Positions 49,592 to 61,250 of a stretch of DNA of 64,000 bases are shown here, piece by piece. A program made the position numbers and the translations under genes. Location of the stretch: NCBI GenBank assembly GCA_963848295.1, contig CAWKDB010000002.1, positions 672,001 through 736,000 of the forward strand. Direction: 5' to 3'. Position 1 is the first letter of the stretch, and each line of letters begins with the position of its first letter. Source of the stretch: an uncultured delta proteobacterium. Lineage in GTDB: Bacteria > Myxococcota_A > Polyangia > Haliangiales > Haliangiaceae. A model generated the notes under the pieces. It did no database searches and was not told the origin of the DNA. It saw nothing but the letters and a program-made list of their open reading frames with translations.

Positions 49592-50722
49592 ATGCGCTGG
49601 CTCGCTCTCGCCCTGGCGCTGATCTCCGCCTGCGACTTGGAGTTCAACAGTCGTGTATGCGGGACGCCCGGCAACCAGTGGACCTGTGCGGAGACGCTCG
49701 CGTGCGCGGATCCGCCGACGTACTGCGGGATGCCGCCCGCCGCGGATCAGTGCGCGATGCTCGACGACTTCATGGCCTGCGATCTACCTCCTGCCGATCA
49801 TGCGGTGTGCGTAAGCCACACGTGCACCGCGTGCACGAATGACCTCGCCGGATGCCCGACGGGCGGCACTTGGAAAGAGATGACGTCGCCGACGCAGCAG
49901 ACGCTTAGAGCGTTGTGGGTCGGCTCTGTGATGGATGCGTATGCGGTCGGCGATGCCGGTACGTTCCTGCACTACGATGGGCAGAAATGGACTACGTCCA
50001 GCTTCCCGGCTCCAACCGCCTCTCTCGTCGCGATCTGGGGTAGCGAGACCGGCGGCCTTGTCGTGCTTGCGAATGACCCGCCCGCGATCTATCGCCTATC
50101 CGAGGGAGTCTGGAGCGTAGACATGCAGCCGGCGGGTACGGTGCCGGTGCTCTTTGCCGGCCTTTGGGGCAGCGCCGAGACCGACGAGTGGGCCGTCGGT
50201 CTCGGAAGTGTTGGTGCATTAATCGAACACTATGACGGTAACTCGTGGACGGCGATGAACGCGGGCACGAGCAACGTCCTCAACGCGGTCTGGGGTTCGA
50301 GTGCCGACGACGTCTGGGCAGTCGGCGCGTCGGGGACCATCCTGCATTATCAACAAAGCACCGGCTGGACGCTCGCGATGTCGCCGACGACGTCCAACCT
50401 CAACGCGATCGATGGAAGTTCCGCTACCGTGACATTTGCGGTGGGCGATCAGACTCGCGGGCCCACGGTTCTTACCCTGCAGACGACCTGGCAGGTCGAC
50501 ACGGCGCCGCTAGTGCCGAGCGACGCGCTCGCGGTGTGGGTACCGACGGCGAACCAGGCGTTTCTCGCCGGCGACGCGGGTCTGATCATGCAGGGACCAA
50601 CGCCATGGATGGAATTGACCAACCCCGCGGCCGGCCCATTGCGCGCGATCAAGGGGACTGACGCTACGAACGTATGGGCCGCCGGCGAGCGCGGCTTGAT
50701 CCTCCACTACACGTCGGAGTGA
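49592..50722 (+). CDS. Lipoprotein with Cys-rich N-terminus and beta-propeller-like repeats
   Basis: ISAC lipobox; repeated (L/V)WGSxxxDxWAVG...ILHY units. Confidence 0.8.
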   Translation: MRWLALALALISACDLEFNSRVCGTPGNQWTCAETLACADPPTYCGMPPAADQCAMLDDFMACDLPPADHAVCVSHTCTACTNDLAGCPTGGTWKEMTSPTQQTLRALWVGSVMDAYAVGDAGTFLHYDGQKWTTSSFPAPTASLVAIWGSETGGLVVLANDPPAIYRLSEGVWSVDMQPAGTVPVLFAGLWGSAETDEWAVGLGSVGALIEHYDGNSWTAMNAGTSNVLNAVWGSSADDVWAVGASGTILHYQQSTGWTLAMSPTTSNLNAIDGSSATVTFAVGDQTRGPTVLTLQTTWQVDTAPLVPSDALAVWVPTANQAFLAGDAGLIMQGPTPWMELTNPAAGPLRAIKGTDATNVWAAGERGLILHYTSE

Positions 50723-50726
50723 TCGC

Positions 50727-52346
50727 TCAAAGGCAGCTGCCGGCGACGATGTGTGCCTGGCCGAAGGTGTCGACAGATCCCGCGTCGAACGCATCGTTGA
50801 TACTCGAAGCGAGTGTCTCGGCGTCCGCGACTCCGATGACCGCCGTCGGGTCACCGCCGAGCACCGCATTCGCGACCGCCGCGAACGAGCGCACGCTCAT
50901 CCCGTTGATCGCCGTTTGCGCGAGTCCGCAGAGCGTCAGATCGCCAAACGCGAGGCCCGACGTCCCCGCCACGAGCTTCGCATCGGTGAAATCGATATTG
51001 AGCTTGAGCGCTGCAACCTCACCGCCGTAAAGGCCCGACGAGCTCGAGCTTGGATTCACCAGGTCACTATCGAGCACTCCGGGTGCCCCGGACGCTGGCA
51101 AATACTCGGCGAGGTCCACTTCGCCGGTGAACACGATGAACAACGGCTCACCGATCTCGAACACACCGCCGGCAGACGCGTACACCGAGTCGAAATCATC
51201 GTTCATCAACTTGCCGGCATCGTTTGTCGGATCGCCCCAATCGGATTGGTTGTACGTGACGACATCGCCATCGCTCCAACCACAGCCCGGCGCGCCCGGC
51301 GTGCACACCGCGCCGATCGTTTGCGTGTTGCACGCCTGGAGCTCGACCGGCGCGACGAGGATGAGCGTGTTGTCGCCGACGTCATCGGTCACGCCGACGC
51401 CGGTCGCGGTCGCACAGTTCGTGACCGTACCGCCGCTCGCGCCCGGCGCGTAGCTGACGACCACCTTGCCGGTCGTCGCGCCGAGCGTGATCGTCGGGGT
51501 GCCGAGCGTGACCGTGCCGGTCGTCGTGATGCTCGAGGCGGCATCGCCGAGCGTCACGGTCGTATTCGCGGCGCTGACCGCGGGGACCTGCTTGTCGATC
51601 TCGGTGTTGACGCTGCGCACCTTCGCTTCGTCGGGATCGATCACGCCGTTGCCGTTGATGTCGACGTTGTCATCGGTCTGCGCTTGGCCGCCCGCCGCGT
51701 TGCCGAACGTGACGATCGCCTCGACGTGCGCCTTCGTGCCGGGCGCGAGGTGCAGCACGGTGTTGTCGAACCGCGCCGAGAACAGCAGCCGGATCTTCGT
51801 GTGCGCCGGCACGCTGACCTCCGGCACGAGCGAGAACACCGTGTCGGTGCGGGCATTCATGAACGCGAGCGCGCCCGACGCCGAGCTCTCGCTGAACGAC
51901 GTGTGGTGCTCGGTGCTCGCGTTCGCGGCCACGTTCGCGTGCGTCGCGGCGTCGCCGTGGGTCGCGTCGGCGATGTCCGACGCCTGGGTCACCCAGTCGC
52001 CGTGGGCCTTGGTCTGAAGATTGACGACGATGTTGCCGATCGTCGCCGCGCCGTTGCCGTCGTTCTCGACGCCGATGTCGCCATCGGCGATCAGCGTGGC
52101 GCCGCTCGTCGCGCCCTGGGTCGCGGTGATCGTCCAGGTCACGGTCGAATGCGTTTGATCGAGCAGGCCGGTCTTCGCGAGCGACCACGCGGTATCACTG
52201 GTCTGTAACAACGCGGCGTTCGAATGAGTCAGCGAAAGCAGCGCCTTGCCGCCGTTGACCGCTTGCGCGATCTCGTCGGTATCCGAGGGAGTCGTCGCAC
52301 ACGACGCGACGACGAACGGCAACACGCAGACAGCTCGCCTCATCAT
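50727..52346 (-). CDS. Hypothetical secreted/lipoprotein (beta-rich)
   Basis: VASC lipobox-like; Thr/Gly-rich beta-type composition. Confidence 0.7.
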   Translation of the reverse strand: MMRRAVCVLPFVVASCATTPSDTDEIAQAVNGGKALLSLTHSNAALLQTSDTAWSLAKTGLLDQTHSTVTWTITATQGATSGATLIADGDIGVENDGNGAATIGNIVVNLQTKAHGDWVTQASDIADATHGDAATHANVAANASTEHHTSFSESSASGALAFMNARTDTVFSLVPEVSVPAHTKIRLLFSARFDNTVLHLAPGTKAHVEAIVTFGNAAGGQAQTDDNVDINGNGVIDPDEAKVRSVNTEIDKQVPAVSAANTTVTLGDAASSITTTGTVTLGTPTITLGATTGKVVVSYAPGASGGTVTNCATATGVGVTDDVGDNTLILVAPVELQACNTQTIGAVCTPGAPGCGWSDGDVVTYNQSDWGDPTNDAGKLMNDDFDSVYASAGGVFEIGEPLFIVFTGEVDLAEYLPASGAPGVLDSDLVNPSSSSSGLYGGEVAALKLNIDFTDAKLVAGTSGLAFGDLTLCGLAQTAINGMSVRSFAAVANAVLGGDPTAVIGVADAETLASSINDAFDAGSVDTFGQAHIVAGSCL

Positions 52347-52592
52347 GCGCCGGACTATAGGCTCGCGTTCCCGACCGCTTGCCAGCCGAGAAGCAACAAA
52401 GACAAGACAGAGTGCGACTCATGAACGATGGTCACGCCGAGTTGTCCACTCTCGCGCCAACGCGCGCGCGTTGCGCGCCAGATCGGGATCACGAAAGCGT
52501 GCGAGCGACCCGTGGCCGGTCGCACGATCGCGAACCGCGAACAAGCCGCGCGCTCGACGACCGCCCCGCGCACGACGCGGTATCGTGATCCC

Positions 52593-55500
52593 GTGGCGAC
52601 CGACACGCCTTCGGGGCTCGGCGTGCCGACCGGCATGCCCACCGGCGTAGCGACCGCGCCGGCCGCCGACGCGCCGGGACCGTTCACCGGCCGCGAGCTC
52701 GGCGGGTTCGTGCTGCGCGAGGTGATCGGTCGCGGCGGCTACGGCGATGTCTATCTCGCCGAGCAATCTGCGTTGCGCCGCGAGGCGATCGTCAAGATCC
52801 TTCGACCTGAAGGCCAGGAGCTGCGGGTCGAGCGGTTCCTGCGCGAGGCCCAACTCGCGTCGCGCCTCGACCATCCGTACGCCGCGCACATCTACGCGTT
52901 CGGCGCCGAGCCCGACGGCGTCTTGTGGATCGCGATGGAGCGGGTGCGCGGTGCGTCGCTGCGGGCGGTGTTGAAGGCGCAAGGACCGATGACGCTCGAC
53001 CGGTTCGTGCCTTTGCTCGAGCGGATCTGCGAGGTCGTTCACACCGCGCACGAGCAAGGCATCGTCCATCGCGATCTGAAGCCGGACAACGTCATGGTGA
53101 TCTCGCGCGCCGGCCGGTTGATGCCGAAGCTGCTCGATTTCGGCATCGCGCGTGCGGTCGACAGCGATCCGCCCAGCGCCTCGGCGAACGCGTCCGACGC
53201 GGACATCACCGGGCCGATGGCGACCCAGGCCGCGACGCTCGGCGACGCCGCGTCGCCTGGCACGACGACGCCGGCCGGCACGACCACACCTTCGGCGACG
53301 ACGACCCAAGCCGGCGCGGTGCTCGGATCGCCAGCGTACATGGCGCCCGAGGTGTGGATCGATCCTCATGGCGCGGGGCCCGCCGCGGATCAATACGCGC
53401 TCGGCGCGCTCGCGTACGAGGCGCTCACCGGCCGGCTCGCGTTCAGCGGGCGCACGCTCGCCGAGATCGCGCGCGCTCACGGCAAGGGCAAGTTCAAGCC
53501 GCTCGGCGACGGCTTCCCCGGCGAGCTCGAGGCGGTATTGCAACGCGCGCTCGCACGCAAGCACGCCGACCGCTACGGCAACGTGCTCGAGCTCGCGCAG
53601 GCGTTTCGCGACGCGGCCGGCACGAACGACGGCGGCAGCGACCTGCCCCAGCTCGACGAGGAGCTGCGCGTTCGCTACCTGACCGTCGCGCCGCAGCCGC
53701 TCGCCGACGCGGTCGCGGGCTACGACGCCGCCAAGAACGCGCATCAAGCGCGCGAGGCGTTGCGCGCGATCGTCCGCACGACCGCGCGGTGGATCGGCGT
53801 CGTCGCGCTCGCGTGTCGAACGCGCGTCGGCAACGCCGGCAGTGACTCCGAGCGCGCGCGGACGTTGCTGCGCGAGCTGCGCCGGCAAGGGCTCGCGGCG
53901 GGCGGTTGGGTCGCGCTCGCTCGCGAGCTCACCCAGCCATTCGCGAAGCTGCCCGACACCCACCCTCTGCCCGAGCTCGTCACGGCCCTGCACGGCGGCG
54001 ATCCGTTCGCGCCGGTGCTCGAAGGCTCGTTGACCGAGGGCTTGCCCGACGCGTCGCTCGACGCCGCGGCCCAGGCGGTCGCTCGCGAGTTGCCGCCGGT
54101 CGCGGCGATGCTGCGCGCGCTCGCGGTGATGTTCGATTATCAGCTCGTCGTGCCGCGCGACGGTCGCGGCGAAGCGTGGTCGGGCGCGCGCGGTGGATCG
54201 CGCAAGGACGTCGCGCTCGGCCGCCCCCTGCCCGACGGCCGGCCGGTGATCGTCGACGCGAACGGCAGCCCGCTCGTCGCGTTGTGGCCACTCGCGCAGG
54301 TCCACGTCGCGGTTCCCGGTCACCCGCCCGAGCTGTTCGTGCTCGCGGGTCCCGGCCGGCAGGGTGCACGCTTGGTATCGAGCCCGCACGGCTTCGAGCG
54401 CGGCGACGACGAGCTGTGGGACTGGTTTCGCGATCAAGTATTCGGCGGCGACGAGCCGGCGCGCGCGACCGCCGCGGCCGATGCTCCCTATCGCGGGCTC
54501 GCCGCGTACACCGAGCGCGACGCGCAGTGGTACGTCGGCCGCGAACGCGAAGTCGAAGCGCTCGCGAATCGCCTCAAGCTCGAGGCGTTCGTCGCGATCG
54601 TCGGCCCGTCGGGGGTCGGCAAGAGCTCGTTCGTCCAAGCCGGGCTCGTGCCCTCGCTCGCCGGTTGGAAGATCGTCACGACGCGGCCGCAGCGCGCGCC
54701 GATCGATCAGCTCGCCGGTGCGCTCGAGATCGACGACCTGCGCGAGGTCGCCGCGCTCGGCAACGACGCGATCCGCGAACGCATCCGCGCGATCGCTGCC
54801 GACCACGCGGGCCTGCTGATCGTGATCGATCAGTTCGAAGAGACGCTGACCCAGGGCGCGGCCGCCGAGGATCGCGAGCTGTTCGCGCGCATCCTGCTCG
54901 CGGCGACCCGAACGCGCGACGATCCGGTGCGCGTCGTGATCACGCTTGCGCGACGACTTCCTGATCCGCGCGGAGCAGCTACCCGGCTTCGATCGCGCGC
55001 TCGCCGGTGGCTTGCAGTTGCTCGGGCCGCTCAATCCCGCCGCGCTCGAGCGGATCATCGTCGAGCCCGCGCGCCGCGCCGGCTACGAGCTCGAGGATCC
55101 GAAACTGGCGGCGCGCATGGTCGAAGCCGTCGCCGGCACGCCCGCCGCGGTCGCGCTGATCTCGTTCACCGCCGCGCGGCTGTGGGAGCTGCGCGATCGC
55201 CACTTCCATCAGCTGCCGAAGAAAGCGTACGACGCGATCGGCGGCGTCGGCGGCGCGCTCGCTCGTCACGCCGACGAGACCGTCGACGCGATGCCGGCGG
55301 CCGAGCGCGCGCTCGTGCGCAAGGCGTTCCGTCACCTCGTCACGTTCGAGGGCACGCGCGCCGTGCTCGGGCGCGACGAGCTCGTCCAGTTGCTCGGCGG
55401 CGGCAACGACGCGACGCAAGCGGTGGAGCGCCTGCTCGGCGCGCGCCTGGTGAGCTCGAGCGAGAACGACGAGGGCATCGCCGTGATCGAGATCGTGCAC

Positions 55501-57981
55501 GAAGCGCTGCTCGCGGCGTGGCCGCGGCTCGCCGAGTGGCGCCGCGAGGACAGCGAAGGCTCGCGGTTTCACGAGCAACTGCGCGTCGCGGCCAAGCAAT
55601 GGGTCGATCGCGGCCGACCGCGCGGCGCACTGTGGCGAGGCGATGCGCTTGCCGAGTACCAGCTATGGCGCAAGCGTCATCCCGACAACCTCACTCCGGC
55701 CGAAGCCGCGTTCGGCGCCGCGTCGATCGCGACCGAGCTGCGCGGCCGGCGGATCCGTCGCGGCTTGCTCGCGGCCGCGATCGGGGTCGCCGCCGTGTTC
55801 GTGGTGTTCCTCGTCCGCGCGAACCGCGCCGAGCAACGGCTGTTGCGCGCGTCGACGTTCGATCAAGGCCGCCTGATGATGCTCGCCGCCGACAAGCTCG
55901 GCGCACTGCCGTTCCTGATCGACGCTTACGATCGCGGTCAGACCGGCGAGGCGAACCGCCTGCTGATCGAGGACGCGCTGCGCACGACCCGCGGCCGCGT
56001 GCTCACGCTCGAAGGACACACCCAGAAGCTGCGCGTCGTGGCCTACAGCCCGGACGGCAAGACGATCGCGAGCTCGAGCGCCGACGGCACCGCGCGGCTG
56101 TGGAACGCGAGCACCGGCGCGACGATCGACGTGATCACGCTCGCGGGGCCAGCGCTCGGCCTCGCCTTCTCGCCCGACGGCAAGCGCCTCGCGGTCGGTG
56201 GCCGCGACCCGGCGATCCACATCTGGGATATCGAGCACCACCGCGAGGTCGCGCGGCTGGAGCGCAGCGGGATCGTCCTCGCGCTCGAGTTCTCCGCCGA
56301 CGGCAAGACGCTGCTCGCGACCGGCGGTGACACGGTCGACGTCGTGCCGATCGACGGCGGGCCGATCGTCACGGTCGTCAAGGGCGGCGGCGCCGATGGT
56401 CGATTCTGCGCCGGCGGCTCGCGCATCGCGTCGTGGACGTTCAAGGGCGAGATCGCATTGTGGAACGCGACCGGCGGGCCACCGATCGCGACCTACACCG
56501 GCGGGTTCGCGGCAGGGGCAGGCGCGGTGAGCGCCGACTGCAAGCTGATCGCGGTCGGCACGCAGGTCGGCGAATTCGATCTCGTGCGCGCCGATGGCAA
56601 GCTCGTCACCCATCCGCGGGCTCACAGCAAGGCGGTGTCGGACGTCTCGATCTCGCCCGACGCCACCGAGATCGCGACCGCGGCGGGCGATGACACGCGG
56701 GTGTGGGATCCAAACGGCGATCTCGGGCTGGTCATGTCCGATGCGCGCTCCGCCTACTGGGCCGCGCGGTTCTCGCCGCAGAGCGATCTGCTGGCGACCG
56801 CGAACGCCGACGGCTCGGTCCGGATCTACCGCGCCGACACCGGCGCGCTCGCGAGCGAGCTGTCGGGGCACCACGAGCCGGTCTCGAGCGTCGCGTTCTC
56901 TCCGGACGGTAGCCACCTCGTCACCGGTTCGTGGGACCACCACGCGATCGTCTGGGACCTCGATCGCGCGCGCGGGTTCGAGCTGCTCCCCGACGCCCTC
57001 GTCGAGCCGAGCGGGATCAGCCATCTCGCGTTCAGCCCCGACGGCAGCCGACTCGCGATCCTCGCCGAGGCGCGGATGCCGGCGATCGTGAAGGCCGGCG
57101 CGCTCCAGTGCAAAGGCTCGGTCGCGGCCAGCGCGTTCGCGTGGAATCGCGATGCCACGCAGCTCGCGACCCGAGCGGACGGCGATCCGGTGGCGCACGT
57201 CTGGGACGCGACGACGTGCGCGCTGGTCGCGTCGTTCGTGCACGACCAGCCGGTGACCGCGATCGCGTTCGCGCGCGACGGCCGATTGATCACCGGCTCG
57301 GCCGACCGCACCGTGCGGCTGTGGGACGTCGCGCGCGGAACGGTCGCGGCCAGCTACGTCGAGCCCGGCCCGATCACCGAGGTCGGGCTCGACCCCGACG
57401 GCGAGGTCTATGCCATCGCGTTCGCCGAGACCGCGACGCTGACGATCCACGTGACCGATCCGGCGCGCCGCCGCGTGCTCGCAGCGAACAAGCCGGGCCT
57501 GGCGAGCGTCAGCTTCGATCGCCGACACCATCGCATCCTCGGCGCCGGCATCGACCAATACGTCTGGATCTGGGACGACCGCACCGGCGAGCTCGTTCAG
57601 AAGCTCGAAGCCAGCGGGCCGCTGTCCGGGCTCGCGATCAGCCCCGATGGCTCACTGTTCGTCGCGCTCGGCGGCCTCACCCCGGTCGTGTGGAAGACCG
57701 ACACGTTCGAGCGGGTCGGCGAGCTCGACGGTCATACCGAGAGCGTGATCGCCGGCGGGTTCATCGCGGACCACCTGCTCGTGACCAGCGGTCGGGATGG
57801 CGCCGCTCGGGTGTGGGACATGGCGACGCTGCACCCGCTCGAGGTCATGCAGAACGTCTCCGAGATCGCGGTCCGTCCCGATCGGGTCGTGCTGGCGGGC
57901 AGCGGGACCCGGGCGTGGATCCCGAGGTTCCCGACACCAGCACCCGATGAGCTCGCCCGGTTTCGAGGGCTTGGGCGCTAG
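52593..57981 (+). CDS. Ser/Thr kinase-helical domain-nSTAND1-TM-WD40 protein, interrupted by a 1-bp frameshift near 54946
   Basis: Kinase motifs and [15 protein letters not shown] in ORF 52428..; RDDF, IVHEALL and many WD40 repeats in ORF 54946..57981. Removing one T from ACGCTTGCGC restores VVITLRDDF. Confidence 0.9.
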
Positions 57982-58099
57982 ATCAGTGAGCTGTTCGCGG
58001 TGCCGCACATACATTTCAACACACGCAAACCGTCTGGATTACTGAGTTTTTTCCTCACGGCTACGTACCGGTGAGTGTTATTCTGGAACTGGAGGCGCG

Positions 58100-58285
58100 A
58101 TGAAGAAACCATCAGAAAAGAAACTTCGTCTGATGCGATCGGTCGTCCGAGGGCTCACGCGCCCCGAGCTCCAGGCCGCGGTCGGCGGCAGGATCGGAAA
58201 CGTCGGCTGCGCTGCGAGCTGCATTAGCTGCACGCGCACCGCCCTCCAGGGCGCGAACGACCCCTGCCCCGGGAAGGCCAGCTAG
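58100..58285 (+). CDS. Putative RiPP (lanthipeptide-like) precursor peptide
   Basis: Leader MKKPSEKKLRLMRSVVRGLTRPELQAAVGG (double-Gly); core RIGNVGCAASCISCTRTALQGANDPCPGKAS; GGAGG RBS. Confidence 0.8.
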   Translation: MKKPSEKKLRLMRSVVRGLTRPELQAAVGGRIGNVGCAASCISCTRTALQGANDPCPGKAS

Positions 58286-58302
58286 CTCGGGACGACCGCT
58301 CG

Positions 58303-59361
58303 CTACGCGAGCGGCGGCAGCGGTTCGGCGATCGACTTGCGCGTGAGATCGCTGACCAAGCAGACCAGGCCGGACAGCCCACCGTAGAGGCCGTGGCCGA
58401 GCGTCTCGTCGCCGAGGGAGCGCAGCGCGAGTGCCCGCGCACGCGGTCGCCACTCGCCCGACGGATCGATGCGAGCGATCGCGAGCAGGGCATAGGCCCG
58501 GCCGCCGAGGCCGCAGCACACGTTACCGCCGTTGTAGTCCGCAGCCAGGTCACTCTCGAGCGCGGGCGCGGCGGTCTGCGCGGCGTCGAGCCACCTCGCA
58601 TCGCCGGTCGCTTCGAACGCGGAGACCCAGAGCAAGACGAACCCCGCCAACCCGTTGCACAGCGAGAGCCCGAGGCCGGCCGGCGCACGCGAACGAACGA
58701 GCTCGACATTCGGCGGTTCGAGGTCCGGGACGATCGCGGCCGACTCGGTCGCGCGCGCCGACGAGATCAGCGTGCGCTGGACGCCGGCCCGGCCGTGCGC
58801 CAACGCCGGTCCGGGCAGCGCCGGCGCCGCAACGACGCGGCCGCGGACCGTCTCGATCAACGCATCGAGGCGCGCATCGTCGATGTGCCGGCGAAGACCG
58901 AGCGCGGTCGCGAGCACGCCGGCGTCGCCGAACCACAGCTCGGACATCGGCCGCCGCGGCTTGGTCGTCGCCGAGATGAACTTCGCGAGCGCGCGATCGC
59001 GGTCGCGCGCGCGACCGAGCGCCTGACCGACGAGCGCACCGACCGCGTGGATCCCGGGGGGGCCGACCACGACCGACGTCGCGACCGACATCCGCGCGAG
59101 GTCGCCGGCTCGCAGCCCGCGCGGTGCCCGCGCCGCGGCCATCGCGATCGACCACCACCGGCGCGCCTGGACCAGCGCTTCGCCGTGCTTCGCGGCGGTG
59201 CCGACGCGCCACAACGCATACGCGGTGCCGGCGGCGCCGTGGCCGAGCCCCGCCCAGGGCGCGGGTTGCGATGCGCGCACGTCGGCGAGTGACACCGAGC
59301 TGACCCAATCGATCCACGCCGCGATGAAGCGCTCGAGCTCGCGATCGATGCGGTCAGCCAC
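58303..59361 (-). CDS. Stand-alone LanC-like (lanthionine synthetase C) protein
   Basis: GxxG repeats; LAHG (catalytic His position), LCNG and VCCG (Zn-ligand positions), GLYGGLSG. Confidence 0.82.
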   Translation of the reverse strand: MADRIDRELERFIAAWIDWVSSVSLADVRASQPAPWAGLGHGAAGTAYALWRVGTAAKHGEALVQARRWWSIAMAAARAPRGLRAGDLARMSVATSVVVGPPGIHAVGALVGQALGRARDRDRALAKFISATTKPRRPMSELWFGDAGVLATALGLRRHIDDARLDALIETVRGRVVAAPALPGPALAHGRAGVQRTLISSARATESAAIVPDLEPPNVELVRSRAPAGLGLSLCNGLAGFVLLWVSAFEATGDARWLDAAQTAAPALESDLAADYNGGNVCCGLGGRAYALLAIARIDPSGEWRPRARALALRSLGDETLGHGLYGGLSGLVCLVSDLTRKSIAEPLPPLA

Positions 59362-60715
59362 GCCGACCCTGGACGCGCAGCACCGGGCCTTCGGGCGTCT
59401 GACCGACGGGGAGCTCGGCCGCGATCAGCTCGGCGATGACGTGGTCGACGCGGATTTCGGCAAGGGCGGCGTCGTCGTCGAGCGATCCGATCGCACCGGT
59501 CAACGTCGCGCGCTCGAGCATGACCGCACCGCGATCGAACGACTCTTCGATCGTGTCGTTGACGCCCCGCGCGAACAGGGCGACGCCGCCGTCGAAGTGC
59601 TCGCTCGCCGCGATCGCGGCGCGAGCGGCTGCGAGTGCACCGGACTTGCCCGCACCCTTGGCTTGGAGCAACGCGGACCCATCCTCGAACACGTGCGCCG
59701 ACAGATCGTGGCGCGACGCGAGCTGCTCGACCTGCGCGCCGTGCTGACGATCGTCCTCGGGCGGCTCGAACGGCGCGAGGAACACGAACGCGTTCGGTAG
59801 CTCGATCTCCGGCGAGCTGCGCGGCGTGCGTTCTCGGCCGGGCATCACCGAGGTCGTCGCCTCGCTCGCGCTACTGCCGCGGCGCGGGCTGTCCGGCATC
59901 GGCGGCAGCGCGCGCAGCCGCGCGAGCGCGGCGTTGCCGTCGGCCGGGCGTAACGTCGAGGCTTTGTCGAGCATGGCGTCGACCAGCGCGATCAATTCGG
60001 GCGGCGCCTCCGGGCACGCGGTGACGAGCGCGGTCGGCTCGGCGAGCAACACCCGCGCGCGCACGCTCGCTGCGGTCTTGCCGCCGAACGCGACCCGCCC
60101 GGTCATCATCTGGTACAGCACGCAGCCGAGCGACCACACGTCGCTCGCCGAGTCGATGTCGGTCTTGCCGCGGGTCTGCTCGGGCGACATGTACGGCGGC
60201 GTACCGATCATCACGCCCGTGCGAGTCAGGAGGCCGGCCTCGGTCGCGAGCCGCGCGATGCCGAAGTCGACGACCTTGACCGCGTCGGGCCGGCCGCCTT
60301 CGAGCAAGATGTTCGAGGGCTTGATGTCGCGATGGATCACGCCGAGCTCGTGCGCCGCGGCCAGCGCCGCGGCGACCTCGATCGCGATCGTGACCGCTTC
60401 GCGCAGATCGATGCCTTTGCTGCGCTGATACGCGGACAGCGTGCTGCCGTCGATCCAGTCCTCGGCGAGGTAATGGACGCCCGCATCGGCGCCGTGCGCG
60501 ACGTAGCCGACCACGTTCTGGTGACGGACCGTGGCCAACAGGTTCGACTCGCGCGCGAACCGGGCGAGATCGGACGGCCTCTCGATGCGCAAGACCTTGA
60601 TCGCGACGGTGCGCCCGGTCTCGCGATCGCGGCCGCGATATACCCATCCCATGCCGCCCACGCTCGCCTCGGCGAGGAGCTCGAACCGCCCGTCGAGGAC
60701 GGCGCCAACCGACAT
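59354..60715 (-). CDS. Ser/Thr kinase with degenerate cyclase-like C-terminal domain
   Basis: VGGMG, VAIK, HRDIKPSN, DFG, YMSPE; stop overlaps the LanC-like start by 8 nt. Confidence 0.9.
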   Translation of the reverse strand: MSVGAVLDGRFELLAEASVGGMGWVYRGRDRETGRTVAIKVLRIERPSDLARFARESNLLATVRHQNVVGYVAHGADAGVHYLAEDWIDGSTLSAYQRSKGIDLREAVTIAIEVAAALAAAHELGVIHRDIKPSNILLEGGRPDAVKVVDFGIARLATEAGLLTRTGVMIGTPPYMSPEQTRGKTDIDSASDVWSLGCVLYQMMTGRVAFGGKTAASVRARVLLAEPTALVTACPEAPPELIALVDAMLDKASTLRPADGNAALARLRALPPMPDSPRRGSSASEATTSVMPGRERTPRSSPEIELPNAFVFLAPFEPPEDDRQHGAQVEQLASRHDLSAHVFEDGSALLQAKGAGKSGALAAARAAIAASEHFDGGVALFARGVNDTIEESFDRGAVMLERATLTGAIGSLDDDAALAEIRVDHVIAELIAAELPVGQTPEGPVLRVQGRRG

Positions 60716-60961
60716 CTCGAACAGTATAGCAGCGACGCGAAATCTCAGGGCTCTTCGGAGTCGCGCGGGGTCGCCGCGGCGCGGTTTCGGGGCGATCGCA
60801 TCGGGTCGGGTGTAGGCGGTTGGGCGCTTTGCGACTGCGCCCTGCAATGGTATAGCCATGCCTCGTTCTTGCGAGGGCGACTGCGAGCGTCACCAGACGG
60901 TCGTTGAGATCGCCCCCATGGCGGCTGGTGGCGTCGTTTTGCAGTGCCGTAGGAGCGAATT

Positions 60962-61240
60962 TTGACCAACCCAGCATTAGCAAAGCGTTTACGTGGACGG
61001 CCCGAACGGGTGTTCGTTTCAGTCAACGAGAGCACCCAGCGCTCGACCATCTCGTTCATGCCCGGCGATATCGGCGACCCGGTCCTCCACGAGAACGACT
61101 CCAACGGCGCGATCGCGCTGCGCGAAGCCAAGGAAATCTCGGACAGCTTCCCGGGCTGCACCGTCCATGGCCCGCACTTCCACACGGCTCAGCCACCAGG
61201 GCGCAAGCTCCGCCGCCGGCCGAGCCCACCTAAGGAGTAG
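60962..61240 (+). CDS. Hypothetical protein
   Basis: 92-aa protein-like ORF with a TTG start, ending 10 nt before the next ATG. Confidence 0.5.
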   Translation: MTNPALAKRLRGRPERVFVSVNESTQRSTISFMPGDIGDPVLHENDSNGAIALREAKEISDSFPGCTVHGPHFHTAQPPGRKLRRRPSPPKE

Positions 61241-61250
61241 CTATCCGACC

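Noticed and set aside
58208..58231. CxxxCxxC (CAASCISC) in the precursor read as a radical SAM motif
   Set aside because: The ORF is only 61 aa with a double-Gly leader; no radical SAM enzyme is in the window.
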